From Felis catus (Eukaryota), in the NCBI RefSeq assembly GCF_018350175.1, contig NC_058368.1, positions 127,350,001 through 127,414,000 of the forward strand: 64,000 nucleotides of DNA, read 5' to 3'. Below, piece after piece: positions 1 through 11,298 of the stretch (position 1 is the stretch's first letter; each line of letters starts with the position of its first letter). A model generated the notes under the pieces. That model worked only from the letters and a program-made list of their open reading frames with translations, made no database searches and was not told the DNA's origin. A program made the position numbers and the translations under genes.

Positions 1-1410
1 ATGTACTAACTTTATTAAGCTGCTTCATTAAAAAAAAAAAAAAAAAAGCTACACTTGGCTTGAATAAAAACAAACTATTCTTGCAATCACAAACATTTTC
101 ATTTTGAAGCACTATGAAAAATAGACGTGCAGCAAAAATTCCCTATCGTTCTTTTCTACATAGTGGAGTCTGTTGTCCTTGCTGAGGCACTGAGGTACTC
201 ATCTCCTGATAAATGTGTTCCAGTAACGTCACAGGGCAAACAGTCCCACGGAAACTGACTACACAGCTTCAAAAAAGGATATGCCGCAGCCTGATATACA
301 AACCACAATGAGGCAAGAAGGAGAAACTTCCTACCACTGTCAATATCAAAGAATGTTTCTTTTAAGCCCTCAAATCTCTAGCTGGTTCTTTGTAGACAGG
401 CATCGATGACAGCTAAGGGACCAGGCAGGGGGAACACAAACTGACGCCTGCTGCTTGCTATCCTGTTAATGGTTTGATGCAAGGACATTGAAACTGAGAG
501 CTATTATTAAAAAAGAAAGTATATGTTTTCTTCAGTGGACTTTTTTCTCTCCACGTTTATTTTAAAACTAGGGAAAGCTAAACATTTATTCGTTCTTCTT
601 ATTTGTAATGGTTACTATTTCAGGAAGTTAGCTTATCTTGTTACCGAATACCACAGGAAATCTGCACGTAGATCAGCCTTTAAGATGACCACAAGAATGT
701 TTTCACATTGCTTAATTTTATTTCTTAATTTTCCTTTTTTGTTATGTAGCCATTCCCCTATTGATACATATTTTATTCACTTCTATTTTTCACTAAGCAT
801 GCTTTGGAGAAATTTTTAATTAAAAATCTTATATTTTTCTTCTTATGCCAAGATGAAAACTTATAAGAGAAAATACAGCAAAGCAAAAATGTGAATATTT
901 AGAAGTGTCTACAATCCTACTTACTCTGAAATAATTCCTATATAGTTTGGTGGTGTGTGTTTGTATGAGTATGTTCATACCTTTTCCTTTACTGGGTACA
1001 AGCATAAGTGTAAATTTGAAAATTTAAGTATATGTAAGTAAATGCATGAACTTATAAAGTTTAGATGGTACTAAACATACTTCTTATAACATGCTGATTT
1101 TTAATCCTGTGAGGCTTCTTAGGTATCTAAAACAGTATCCATTTTCTAGCAATATAGTTATAAAATTTGCATTATTTTAACCCCCAAACTATATTGCAGT
1201 GGGCAAAGAAAAGCTTACTTTAAAGTTGTCCTCCTAATATCTGAGAGACCTAGCATAGATAAGGCTTGGTATACTTGATTTAAATGAGATAGAGTGAAAT
1301 CTAAGTTAAAATATTCAACTCTTTTTCACAAAGTAGAATCCAACCTATTTTTATTCCTTCAAAAATGTTACAAGGTTAATGAGTTAAGGTATTTCCAGCT
1401 GAAAGGGATA

Positions 1411-1650
1411 TATTTTTATTTTATTTTATTTTATTTTATTTTATTTTATTTTATTTTATTTTATTTATGTATTTTGAGAGGAAGAGAGCAGGGGAAGGAC
1501 AGAGACAGAGGGAGAGACAGAATCCCAAGCAGGTTCCATATCGTCCGTGTAAAGCCTGAAGTGGGGCTCAAACCTAAGGACCGTGAGACCATGACCTGAG
1601 CTGAAATCAAGAGTCAGACGCTTAACAGACTGAGCCACCCAGGAGCCTCT
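1411..1650 (-). mobile_element. Can-SINE (SINEC) with (TTTTA)n tail
   Basis: Reverse-complement head ..tgagccacccaggagcc; TSD ctgaaagggata at 1399-1410 and 1649-1660. Confidence 0.93.
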
Positions 1651-2314
1651 GAAAGGGATAATTTTATGGTCTTCTAAATTTTACATAATTCCTCCTGTTT
1701 TGATTCTGCTGTCACAGACATTTAATTAGTAAGAGTCACTGCAGCAAGGGGTTTGTCTATAATTTGATTGAGTCACCCATTTCTGAGTCATCTACTTCTG
1801 ATTTGTTTTAAAATCAAACGTAAGATCAATCACCACGGGCTAGAAACCGAAAAGAATAAACCGATTATAGCTTTCTTTGATGCACATCTAACTTCATTTG
1901 AACCTTATGTTTTGCTAACAAAAGTTAGGGTTTCATTCATTAAAAGGCATTTCCTAAGCATCCATCTGGTATATCTGAAACACCAAGTCCCCAACTCACC
2001 CTTTTTTATTAGTTAACCATCAACCGTCATCCAGAGTCAATAATATAAACTGTGTACTTAAAGGTAAGCAAAACCGTAAGGAGAAAACAGAAGACCCTTG
2101 AAAACAGGAGTTTGTAATCTAATAGAGGAATTACGATTAATTGACATATGTAAGAACACATGCACGTGTGCCAGGAAATAAATTCCTACTTAGCAACATT
2201 ACTTACAAAGATCGTAACAGACATATGATTAAAGCTTACTTAAAAAGGATTAAGGGAGCAGTTACAGACTTTATTAAGGAGAGGGATCTGGCTTGGGGAA
2301 CGGATTCAATGACT

Positions 2315-2550
2315 TCAAGCTGGGAAGAATAGCTAATAGAATGCATGATAGAATCAGGATATAAAAAGAGCTTAATGGCCCAAACGTAACCATCTGGAAT
2401 TAGATGGGGACACTTTTGAAGTCCTGCCCTTTGGTTAGAATAAAACCATCTAACTGAGCAGTTACTAATGGGGGAGGAGATGGTTGCTAAGCTGAGAACG
2501 TTTAGTGAAGTGTCTGTCAATATGTGACAACAATAGGATGTGGTAGCAAG
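2315..2550 (+). mobile_element. Ancient CR1/L3 LINE fragment
   Basis: aagctgggaagaatagctaata..gatagaatcaggat..aagtcctgccctt..atgggggag..atatgtgacaacaataggatgtgg resembles the L3 ORF2 consensus. Confidence 0.6.
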
Positions 2551-3502
2551 AGTCTATCTGATTTGAAGTCACATTCATTGGTAATGTCCAGGATGAGGTA
2601 ATAAAATAAAAGAGAGCTGAGAATCTTGGGTTACATTTTTAGTAATTTGCTCATTTCTGGGCCACAAATTGAAAAAAAAAAAAATAAAAGGGCTGTAAGA
2701 TTGGAGTCAACCTAAAGGAGAGTCAGTAGAATATGAAAACAATAGTATAAGAGTTGGTAACTTGAGGATGAGAACAAGTGGGGACAGACCTTATGATTAA
2801 AAGTACAAAACAGGTCAAGTAAAAGCAGAATGTCATTTGTCTCCTGTGTCTCCAAGCTTCAGCAACAGGGGCATTGGTCCTTGGAAGCTCCATACAGGCA
2901 GAAGTGGATTCAGTGAAAGCAAGAACAAGGCAACAACACAGAGCTAGCCAACAACGCATAAAAACTGCCTGGGAGAACGGTGAGTTCCCTGTGTGAGCAT
3001 GGGTAGGAGGATCAAGCATCGGTCTTTGAAACATCAGGTAATAGCTTGCATTACCTCTGAACCTGAGGGCAATGGCTTCCTCTCGCAACTTGAAAATTCT
3101 GATTCAACAAGAAGTTTGTACTCTTCTCCCTTACCCTCTGTCTTTTCAAGTTACCTTCCTCTAAACCAATTTAATGCCGACACCCTTCGTCCCTCAACTT
3201 AAACTGTTGTAACTTTAAAAATATGTTAGCCAATTTAAGGTTTGAAATATAAAAAATTTGAGCCCAGGTTTGCTTATGTCTCAAAAGGCCTAACACTAAC
3301 TAGCTACTTCCATGCACTTATTTTCCAGAGCTGTAAGACACTAAGCTCCCTGATGAAAATAGCTGTGCAAAATATGATATGCTAGAGCACTGAATTCAGA
3401 TAATGTGAGATCACGTGCACCTGCCAAGATCTAACGACCATAAAATACTTAGTGGCAAGATTCATAATGAGAGTTCAAGCTACTGCCTCGGTGTGATGTC
3501 TT

Positions 3503-3642
3503 TTACTTAATGTGCATACAGATCACCTGAGATTTTTTTAAACTGCAGCTTGTGATCCCAGAGGTCTGGGGTAGGGTCTAAGAATGTACATTTCTACCAC
3601 TTGCCCAGGCTGCTGGTTCATGGACCACACTGTGAGTAGCAA
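3503..3642. mobile_element. MER5A-like hAT DNA transposon
   Basis: aatgtgcatacagatcacctg..aggtctggggtagggtctaagaa..catttcta..ggaccacactgtgagtagca. Confidence 0.75.
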
Positions 3643-4499
3643 CGCAACGCATATTTCCTGTGAAATATTATTGCAGAATATCTATTTTGATGCTAGTAAT
3701 TACCTGGACATTTATTTGCTTTATATATTAACATTTCTACTGACACAGATCACAGAATTTCTATTCTCCTTCCTTTGAAAATTAAAATACATGGTATAAT
3801 AAAACAAAAAAAATCAGACATTCAGTTCTTTTTTCCCAGGTACTTAAGAGGATGGCTATACAAAACCATTGACCTGGTCTCTACAATCTGATTACTTTAA
3901 AGCATTAACAGACAATTCCATCAAGATTAATGATCAGTGTTGCACAGAATTAGAAGTCTGATTTTATTTTTATTTATTTAGTACGTGAAAGACATTCTTT
4001 GATAATAAAATAATTACAATAGCTTCCCCCCACCCAGGCACTTAATTTATTGTAGCAATAATTCAGGGTCACATGTTGTCTGAAATCCCTTTACAGGGCT
4101 ATAAACTGTTAATTGACAATAATGTTTAGTAAATAGTCCAAAGGACTCAAGTCTGATGGTCCCCAACTTGTTTGCTTTAGACCAAGTTTTAAGATATCTT
4201 TTTTTAAGACAGTACAAATTAAATACTACTGAATTTATTTTTTAGTACTGAATTTTTTCATGTATTCTCCAGAAAATATGAAAAAGTAAATGATGTTTCT
4301 TAAGCCAAGATGTTTACCTCCTTATAGAAAAATCAGAATATTATCTTTTAAGTTCTGAGCTTTTATCTTAAACACATGGTCACTGGGGGAAGCTGGGCTA
4401 TTCTGGAACGATAATTGTTCTCTTGATATTGATATTCAGGATCTAGTTATATGAAGGGTCATTTTCCTAGAGTGAGAAACATTGGCCTCCTCTTCTCTC

Positions 4500-5310
4500 T
4501 GTTTGAAATATCCTTTTCCTCCCTCACCTCCTTCAAATCTTTACCCAATGTCAATGTGGAAGCCTGCTGTATCCAAAATTGCATTCCTTCCTGTTCTGTC
4601 CCTGACTTACTTTTCTCCTTAGCACTTACCACTATCCAACATACAATATATTTTACTTACTTTTCTTGCATATTGTCTGTCTTCCTCTATATTAGTCCTC
4701 TATTGCTGATTCAACAAATTACCACAAATCCAGTGGTTCAACAATGAAAATTTATTAGTTTAGAGCTCTATAGGTCAAAAGTCTAACACAGGTTTTACTG
4801 GGCTAAAATCAAAATGTTGGCAGGGCTGCTTTCCTTTCTGGAGGCTCTGCCAGAGAATCTGTGTCTTTTCTTTTGCCAGATTCTAGACGTCACCCACACT
4901 CCTTGGCTCATGGACCCCTTCCTCCATCCTCAAGGCCAGCAACACTGCATCTTTCTGACTCTTCTTGTATCATCATGTCTTTCTCTTTCACAGTCAGAAA
5001 AGTTTCTGTTTTTAAGGACTCATGTGATTGGACTGAGCCCATCAGGATAATCTAGGACAATCTACATCTCAAGGTCTCAATCATACAATCATATCTGCAA
5101 AGTCTCCTTTTGCATTAAAGACAACACAACCATAGGTTCTGTCCGTTATTCAATGAAGTCTCCATCCCCTTCACTGGAATGCAAACTCCATGAGGTCAAG
5201 AAATTTTGTTTGTTTTGTTGTATCCTAATCACTTAGAACAGCATCTCGAACATAGTATGCACTCAATACATATTTTCTCAGTGAATGAACGAATGAATGA
5301 ATGAATGAAA
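4500..5310 (+). mobile_element. L2 3' end interrupted by an MLT1 LTR
   Basis: L2-like sequence at 4500-4687 resumes at ~5165 (ctggaatgcaaactccatgagg..cttagaacag..tcaatacatatt) and ends in a (TGAA)n tail. Confidence 0.75.
4688..5135 (-). mobile_element. MaLR solo LTR (MLT1C-like)
   Basis: tatattagtcctctattgctg..acaaattaccacaaa..gggctaaaatcaaaatgttggcagggctg..ctggaggctct..tccttggctcatgg..aaggactcatgtgatt..atctgcaaagtc. Confidence 0.85.
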
Positions 5311-5344
5311 CAGAAATTTAGTTGATGATGAACACCTATTTGAA

Positions 5345-5520
5345 GTACAGGAGCTAGAACACAGGCCTCCACTAGCTGCATTTGAAGAGTGTGTCACTTG
5401 AATTAAATAAACCTTAGCTCTCATTTGAAAAATGATGTGATCACTTTGTCCAATTGACAGAGCCAATATGATTACATTTAAATGATTTGAAAATGCTTAA
5501 AGAAATGTAAAGTACTAACA
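5345..5520 (+). mobile_element. MIR-like fragment
   Basis: Degraded MIR core (tgtgtcacttg..ctcatttgaaaaatg..tgtaaagtacta). Confidence 0.45.
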
Positions 5521-6534
5521 TCATACTTTTTAAGTTGGTCTCAGTATCATTAACTAAAAAATATAAATTTCTGTGAGCTCAAAGTATCAGCAATTCTGAT
5601 CAGAGGTTCTCTCTCCAGACTTTTGGAAACCCCATCAAAGAGGCTAAAAATGATTCTTGGGAAAATCCTATAATAAGGCTGTATCATTCTTTGGTTTGTC
5701 TTCCCACTAAACAAGCCAACCTGAGGGCCACAGCCCTAGGCAGAGTGCAGGATACTTGGACCATCCTTGGAGACGGTGGAATAGCAGCAGGTTATAGGGT
5801 GTCCCCACATCTCAGTCTACCCCAGGCTTTTGACCACTTGGAGCATGCCAATGAACCTCTCCAATCCCCCTTTCCCTTACAGTCTCTCTTTCCAGTCACA
5901 TGTTATTAAAAGATCCTGGTAAATAGTACAAAGGTACACTATCAGCCTTATGTTTTGTTTCCTTATGACAGAACTAGGACATGATTTATTCAACATACTG
6001 GCTTCAGGTAACACATGGTAAATATGCCAGCAAATACTGGTAGAATTTTTTTTGCTGATTTTTCCAAAAACAGCAGGTGAAAATTTTATCACTTATTTGT
6101 AGGATGCCTATGCAAAGAAATGGGTCTCTCCAATTTTATTAACAAAATTTTCCAATGTTACTAATTTTTTAAAAATCCAATATGTCTTTAAAAATAGAGG
6201 TTGCCTGAAACTCGCATGCTTATGTTTACTAGAAGAGTGAAAATCAAAATGTTTAAGATAGAATCTTCTGTTGTTTCAAAAAAATCTGCTATACTAAGAT
6301 TAGAAAACATTTATTTTTCTCTAGGATTGATTTAATTAAACACACTAAAGTGGGCCAAGACAGCAACAACAGCAAAACACTCTTAATATAGATATGGTTT
6401 GCTTCTATGGGTCTATGACTATATATGGGTATCTGGAAACGTTAGGGTATCTGGTGACCATCAAGCTAGTCACTGTTAGTCAACAGGTACATGCACTGTA
6501 GTGCAAGCCCAGGTGCTAAATGATAAAGACAATC

Positions 6535-6716
6535 CAGTCATTCTCATAGTGTGGTCCCCAGACCAGCAACACCAGAGCCACTTGGGGACTTGCTAGATGA
6601 ACACAACTGAGGGCTTACCACAGACCTATAGGATCAGAAACTCTAGGGAGGGGGCCCAGCAGTGTGCATTCCAGTAACCCCAGGTGATTTTGAAGCTCAC
6701 TAAGGTTGGAAAAACC
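6535..6716. mobile_element. MER5A-like DNA transposon
   Basis: ttctcatagtgtggtccccagaccagca..atcagaaactctagg..gggcccagcag..ccaggtgattttga. Confidence 0.8.
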
Positions 6717-7030
6717 CTTAGATGAAGTCACAGTGAATGCCCTTTTAATTTTCTAATTCTAAAATGTTGTGTCTTACTGTTCTTCACAGTAGTCTTGTTT
6801 GATCGTATATATGCAAAAGCACAACTGCTTGTTAAAAGGTAAAAATTGGAGTCACTGATTAGCTATTTGGGCTGTTATATCTAAATCATGTGGGCAGATT
6901 ATTTTGAAAGCTGGATATTTGAATCTGTTGAAAACATGATAAGAGCTCCCCACAATCCAAATCTAAAAGTCCCATTTATTCTTCCAGAGTTAACATAATT
7001 CACTCATGCAAAATAAGTTACATTATATTT

Positions 7031-7241
7031 AATTTTTTTAACGTTTATTTATTTTTGAGACAGAGAGAGACACAGCATGAACAGGGGAGGGGCAGAGAGA
7101 GAGGGAGACACAGAATCGGAAGCAGGCTCCAGGCTCTGAGCCATCAGCCCAGAGCCCGAGCGGGGCTCGAACTCGCGGACCGCGAGATCGTGACCTGAGC
7201 TGAAGTCGGACGCTTAACTGACTGAGCCACCCAGGTGCCCC
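7031..7241 (-). mobile_element. Young felid SINEC_Fc-type element
   Basis: CpG-rich, near consensus; perfect TSD agttacattatattt at 7016-7030 and 7243-7257. Confidence 0.95.
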
Positions 7242-7413
7242 TAGTTACATTATATTTTAAAATGCTTTTTAGGTATTAATAGAGATCTGACATATTTTAT
7301 TTGAATTCTTCTCTCATACTTTAGGCATATTTTCCAGATTGGTTTTCTTTCTCAACAAGAATCTAGGGGTGACATGTGAAAAAGCAAAACCAAAAAATAA
7401 ACACAATTCTATT

Positions 7414-7630
7414 TTTTTTAATTTTTAACACTTATTGATTTTTTGAGCGACAGAACGAGACAGAGCATGAACGGGGGAGAGCGGGGGAGGGGGGCGCACA
7501 GAATTCACAGCCAGCTCCAGGCTCTGAGCTGTCAGCACACAGCCCGACATGGGGCTGGAACTCACTGACTGCCAGCTCATGAGCTGAACCAAAGGCAGAC
7601 GCTTAACTGACTGAGCCACCCAGGTGCCCC
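7414..7630 (-). mobile_element. Can-SINE
   Basis: SINEC body; diverged TSD aataaacacaattctatt / aataaacgaagttctatt. Confidence 0.92.
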
Positions 7631-8589
7631 AATAAACGAAGTTCTATTACATGCAACTATATTTTAAAACTCCTGGAGTCTTAAAAAATATGGGTATTTT
7701 CTTTTTTGATTTAAAGAAGCACAAACTATATATACTGTATCGTCTGTAGTTTTATTTTAGTAACTGAAAACACCATTTTAATTGTATAACTGTTGTTATA
7801 ATAAAGGTGAAGCCAAGAGCTGAGAGAATCCCAGAGCAGGTAGCAGCTAATTCTTCCTGGAGAGCTAGGGACAGGGGCCCAGAAGAGGAACTATTAAGCT
7901 ATGAGATGGTGAGTTTCCAGGGTACAGAATGAGAATGAAGACTTTCTCCCCAAAACAGCACACACACAAGAACACCCCATCATGAAGTGGTGGGATGAAT
8001 CTGCCAGCAATGGAGTTGCATCATGCCAGACTTCCTGAGTTAAGAGGTTTATGTGAAGGCAGTGGAGAGCCAATGAGAGTTTCTAGGCAGTGGATTTATA
8101 TAACACAGTCTCTTTTAGGAAGATGGGCGCTGGCAAAAGCATGAGCTCTGGACTGAATCTCATACAGACTGTTGTCAGAGAATCCTGGCAATTTCTAACT
8201 TGACAAAAGACCAGGTCAATGCAGGAGTGGTGGCAATAAAGGCAAGAACCTGAGAGACATTTGAGCTGGGTGTGAATGTGATTGTCTGGGGGGTGGGGAA
8301 GAAACAAGGTGGAATTGTAAACTTCTTATGAAGTATCTCTTAATATTAGGTGTGATGCTTATTTTGCATTAGTTTTTCATGCCAATTGTTGGAGGCTAAA
8401 TAAGGTTTTTATGCTTATACAGGAATGGGGGGGAGGGAGAAAGTACTCCTCTCATGTATCCAGCTGGTTCAGATGATCACTCTGCAAAATGACAGGAACA
8501 GGTGGAAAGTAGTAACACTGAGAGGCAGAGCAGGTGTTCTGGATGCATTTCTTAAGCAGCACTCCTATGGGTACAGGTTGTTGAGTCTT

Positions 8590-8738
8590 TATAGCAGTGT
8601 AGTCACTGGAGGAGTTAAGTATGCTGTGTCCTGGGTCCTTTTCCCAGAAATTCTGATATCATTGCTCTGGGTATCTGGCTTAGACATGAGATTTTTAAAA
8701 TTTCCCCAAATGATTTAAGGTGGGTGAGAAATACTGCT
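8590..8738. mobile_element. MER5-like fragment
   Basis: ccagaaattctgat..tctgggt..atttttaaaatttccccaaatgatt..tgagaaatactg. Confidence 0.55.
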
Positions 8739-8926
8739 TGAAAATGTAAGGGAAGTCTTTTTCAGTTAGATAATGTAAGCTTTAAAATTTCATTCTGTTG
8801 ATTTGCCTAATAATCTGTTGTGATGTTAATGAAACAAGAGTGTCATATATTTACCTCCTAGGGATGATGCAAAAACAAATAGGATAATGTGTGGTATGAT
8901 AATATGAGCTGGTATTTATGTGGGAT

Positions 8927-10496
8927 CAATGAAGGCTCTGCTTAAGCATGAATCTCTGGGATCACAGGTCTTACCAGACAGAGTTCTCCAGATCCCTGGG
9001 CTTGACCCAGGAGGGCACTGCAGAGGTGATGCAGTGGTGGCTGCCAGGGTGCCCCCAGCACCCCAGGGCTTGGTGAAAATGGAAGATGTGGCCCTGGCTT
9101 TCTCCCCCTGAGTGGACACAGCTGGGTTCATCTCGGGGATGCTTTCACAGAGATGAAAGACACAGAGATGACTTCCTGGTGGCCTGACTTCCCTAGGTTG
9201 TGAAATACAGGCTAAGTTCAGGGACCTGCCTCCAGATGAGGAACATTCATACAAGAGCCCAGGGAAATACCATGGCACTTAGATGAAGACAGTGCCTGGA
9301 TGCCTGCAGGTGCAGCAGCTAGTGAACATGAGGGCAGGTTACCAAGAAAGCAGAAAAATGCCACAGGAAGTAGGCAGCACTATTGTCATGAATGTGGAAA
9401 GTGTTTTGCTCAGAGTTCAGGCCTGACTAAATACAGGAGAATCCTCCCAGGGAGAAACCATACGAATGTGAAGACTGTGGCAAGCCCTACATCGGGAGTT
9501 CTGCCATCGTCATCCATTAGAGAGTCCACACTGATGAGAAACCATATGAGTGTGAGGAATAGGGCATGGTCTTCAGTCACAGTTCAAACTTTATCAGACA
9601 CCAGAGAACCCACACAGGGGAGTGTGAGGAGTGTGGGAAAGCCTTCAGCAAGAACTGCAGCCTCCTTGAACATCACAAACTCCACACAGGAACGGAGCCA
9701 TACTAGTGGAGCAGGTGTGGCAAAGTTTTTACTACCTCCTGAGACACCAGAGGATCCATGGTGATAAAAATGCACAGGATCCTGCAAGTGGAGAGACCTG
9801 AGACAGTCCGGGGAAGGGAAGGCCAGTGGAAAAATGTTGAGGCTCCTGTGTCTTACAAATACAATGAATGTGAGAGGAGTGTCACTCAGAAGAGAAGCCT
9901 TATCAAACATCAGAAAATCCACACAGGTGAGAAACCCTATCAGCGTGACACACGTGGGAAAGCGTTCACATGAACTTCATACCTCGTTCAACATCAGAGG
10001 AGCCATGTCGTGGAAAAAAATGTCCTATCATAGTGACCTATGTGGTCCATGCCAGAGTGGGTGCTCATTCCTCATTGAACTGAAGCCACCCTGGAGCCCT
10101 TCCTGACCACAGAAACCGGGCTGGGGCTTTACTGACCACTAGGCATCATCTTGTGTTGGAAGACACAGAGTCTGGCTGAGATGAATTCTCTTCTACATTC
10201 TAGAAGGTGGCTGGGAAACAGCAGGTTTGATCGGAAGCTATGGGAGAGTTATCTGGAAGATGTAGGACCTGAAATGTTTGTTCTCACCTACTGAACTGAA
10301 ATGGGCTTCCAGGCTGATTAACCACCTCCAGCCAGCACTTTATGATGAGTGGTGGGCAGATGGCTCTGACGGGGGCTGCTGCTCTGACCATTTTGCCTGT
10401 GATCAATCTTTCAGCAGTTGGTCAAATCTGTGATATCTTATGCTCCCCATTGTGCCCTGTGTATAGGTGCTATAAACATTTATTAAATACACCAGT
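8927..10496 (+). pseudogene. ZKSCAN4: 5'-truncated processed pseudogene of a ZKSCAN4-like (ZKSCAN3/4 paralog pair) zinc-finger gene; coding homology ~8927-10036, putative 3'UTR to ~10496
   Basis: Translations read [132 protein letters not shown] and SYLVQHQRSH. These match ZKSCAN4 as I recall it (GSRRHYCHECGKSFAQSSGLTK, ECEDCGK, HGDKN). The linker, KRAB-like and finger regions are contiguous with no introns. There are frameshifts near 9105 and 9445, in-frame stops at 9518, 9560, 9704 and 9971, and no SCAN domain. ATTAAA lies at 10482-10487. Confidence 0.88.
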
Positions 10497-10730
10497 GAGA
10501 TGAATACATAGGGAAGGGAAGGAAAAATAAGATAAAAACAGAGATGGAGACAAACTATAAGAGACTCTTAGACACAGAGAACCAACTAAGGGGTTGTTGG
10601 AGGGGAGATAGGTGGGGGGATGGGCATTAAGGAGGGTACTTGTTGGGATACAGGGTATTATGTGTAAGTGATGAATCACTAAGTTCTAATCCTGAAACCC
10701 TTATTACACTATATTTTAAAGAACTTAGAT
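10497..10730 (+). mobile_element. L1 3' end fragment (carnivore L1)
   Basis: gggaagggaaggaaaaataagataaaaacagag..ataagagactctta..gagaac..gatgggcattaaggaggg..gtaagtgatgaatcactaa..cctgaaac..attacactata is the typical carnivore L1 3'UTR. Confidence 0.85.
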
Positions 10731-10755
10731 TTATTTATTTTTAATGTTTATTTTT

Positions 10756-10792
<37 letters not shown>

Positions 10793-10919
10793 GCAGGGAG
10801 AGAGAGAGACGCAGAATCCAAAGCAGGCTCTAGGGACATGGGACTTGAACTCATGAACCACAAGATCATGACCTGAGGCGAAGTCAGATACTTAACCAAC
10901 TGAGCCACTCAGGCGCCCC
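10731..10919 (-). mobile_element. Can-SINE, internally deleted
   Basis: T-rich tail, (GA)n, gaatccaaagcaggctc, tgagccactcaggcgcccc. Confidence 0.9.
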
Positions 10920-11066
10920 AGAGATGTTTCTAACTCTTAAAGTCCAATAAGGGAATTGTAGCATTCCAAAGACATTTGTTTGTTATGCTTGGGAACGAAT
11001 CCTGGGATTGAGTGACAAGAAATCAAATATGGTATGGCATATATGCTGCTATAAAGAACTATCAGA

Positions 11067-11298
11067 GGGGCGCCTGGGTGGCGCAGTCGGTTAAGCGTCC
11101 GACTTCAGCCAGGTCACGATCTCGTGGTCCGTGAGTTCGAGCCCCGCGTCGGGCTCTGGGCTGATGGCTCGGAGCCTGGAGCCTGTTTCCCATTCTGTGT
11201 CTCCCTCTCTCTCTGCCCCTCCCCCGTTCAAGCTCTGTCTCTCTCTGTCCCAAAAATAAATAAACGTTGAAAAAAAAAATTAAAAAAAAAAAAAAAAA
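11067..11298 (+). mobile_element. Young felid SINEC_Fc-type element
   Basis: ggggcgcctgggtggcgcagtcggttaagcgtccgacttcagccagg..; poly(A) tail; perfect TSD aaagaactatcaga at 11053-11066 and 11296-11309. Confidence 0.96.

Noticed and set aside
9300..9764. 154-aa ORF as a functional zinc-finger protein
   Set aside because: Only the first finger is in frame, its His is replaced (TKYRR), and the rest is out-of-frame pseudogene sequence.
11067..11150. tRNA gene
   Set aside because: The A/B boxes belong to the tRNA-derived Can-SINE head, which is followed by a SINE body and poly(A). The same holds for the other SINE heads.
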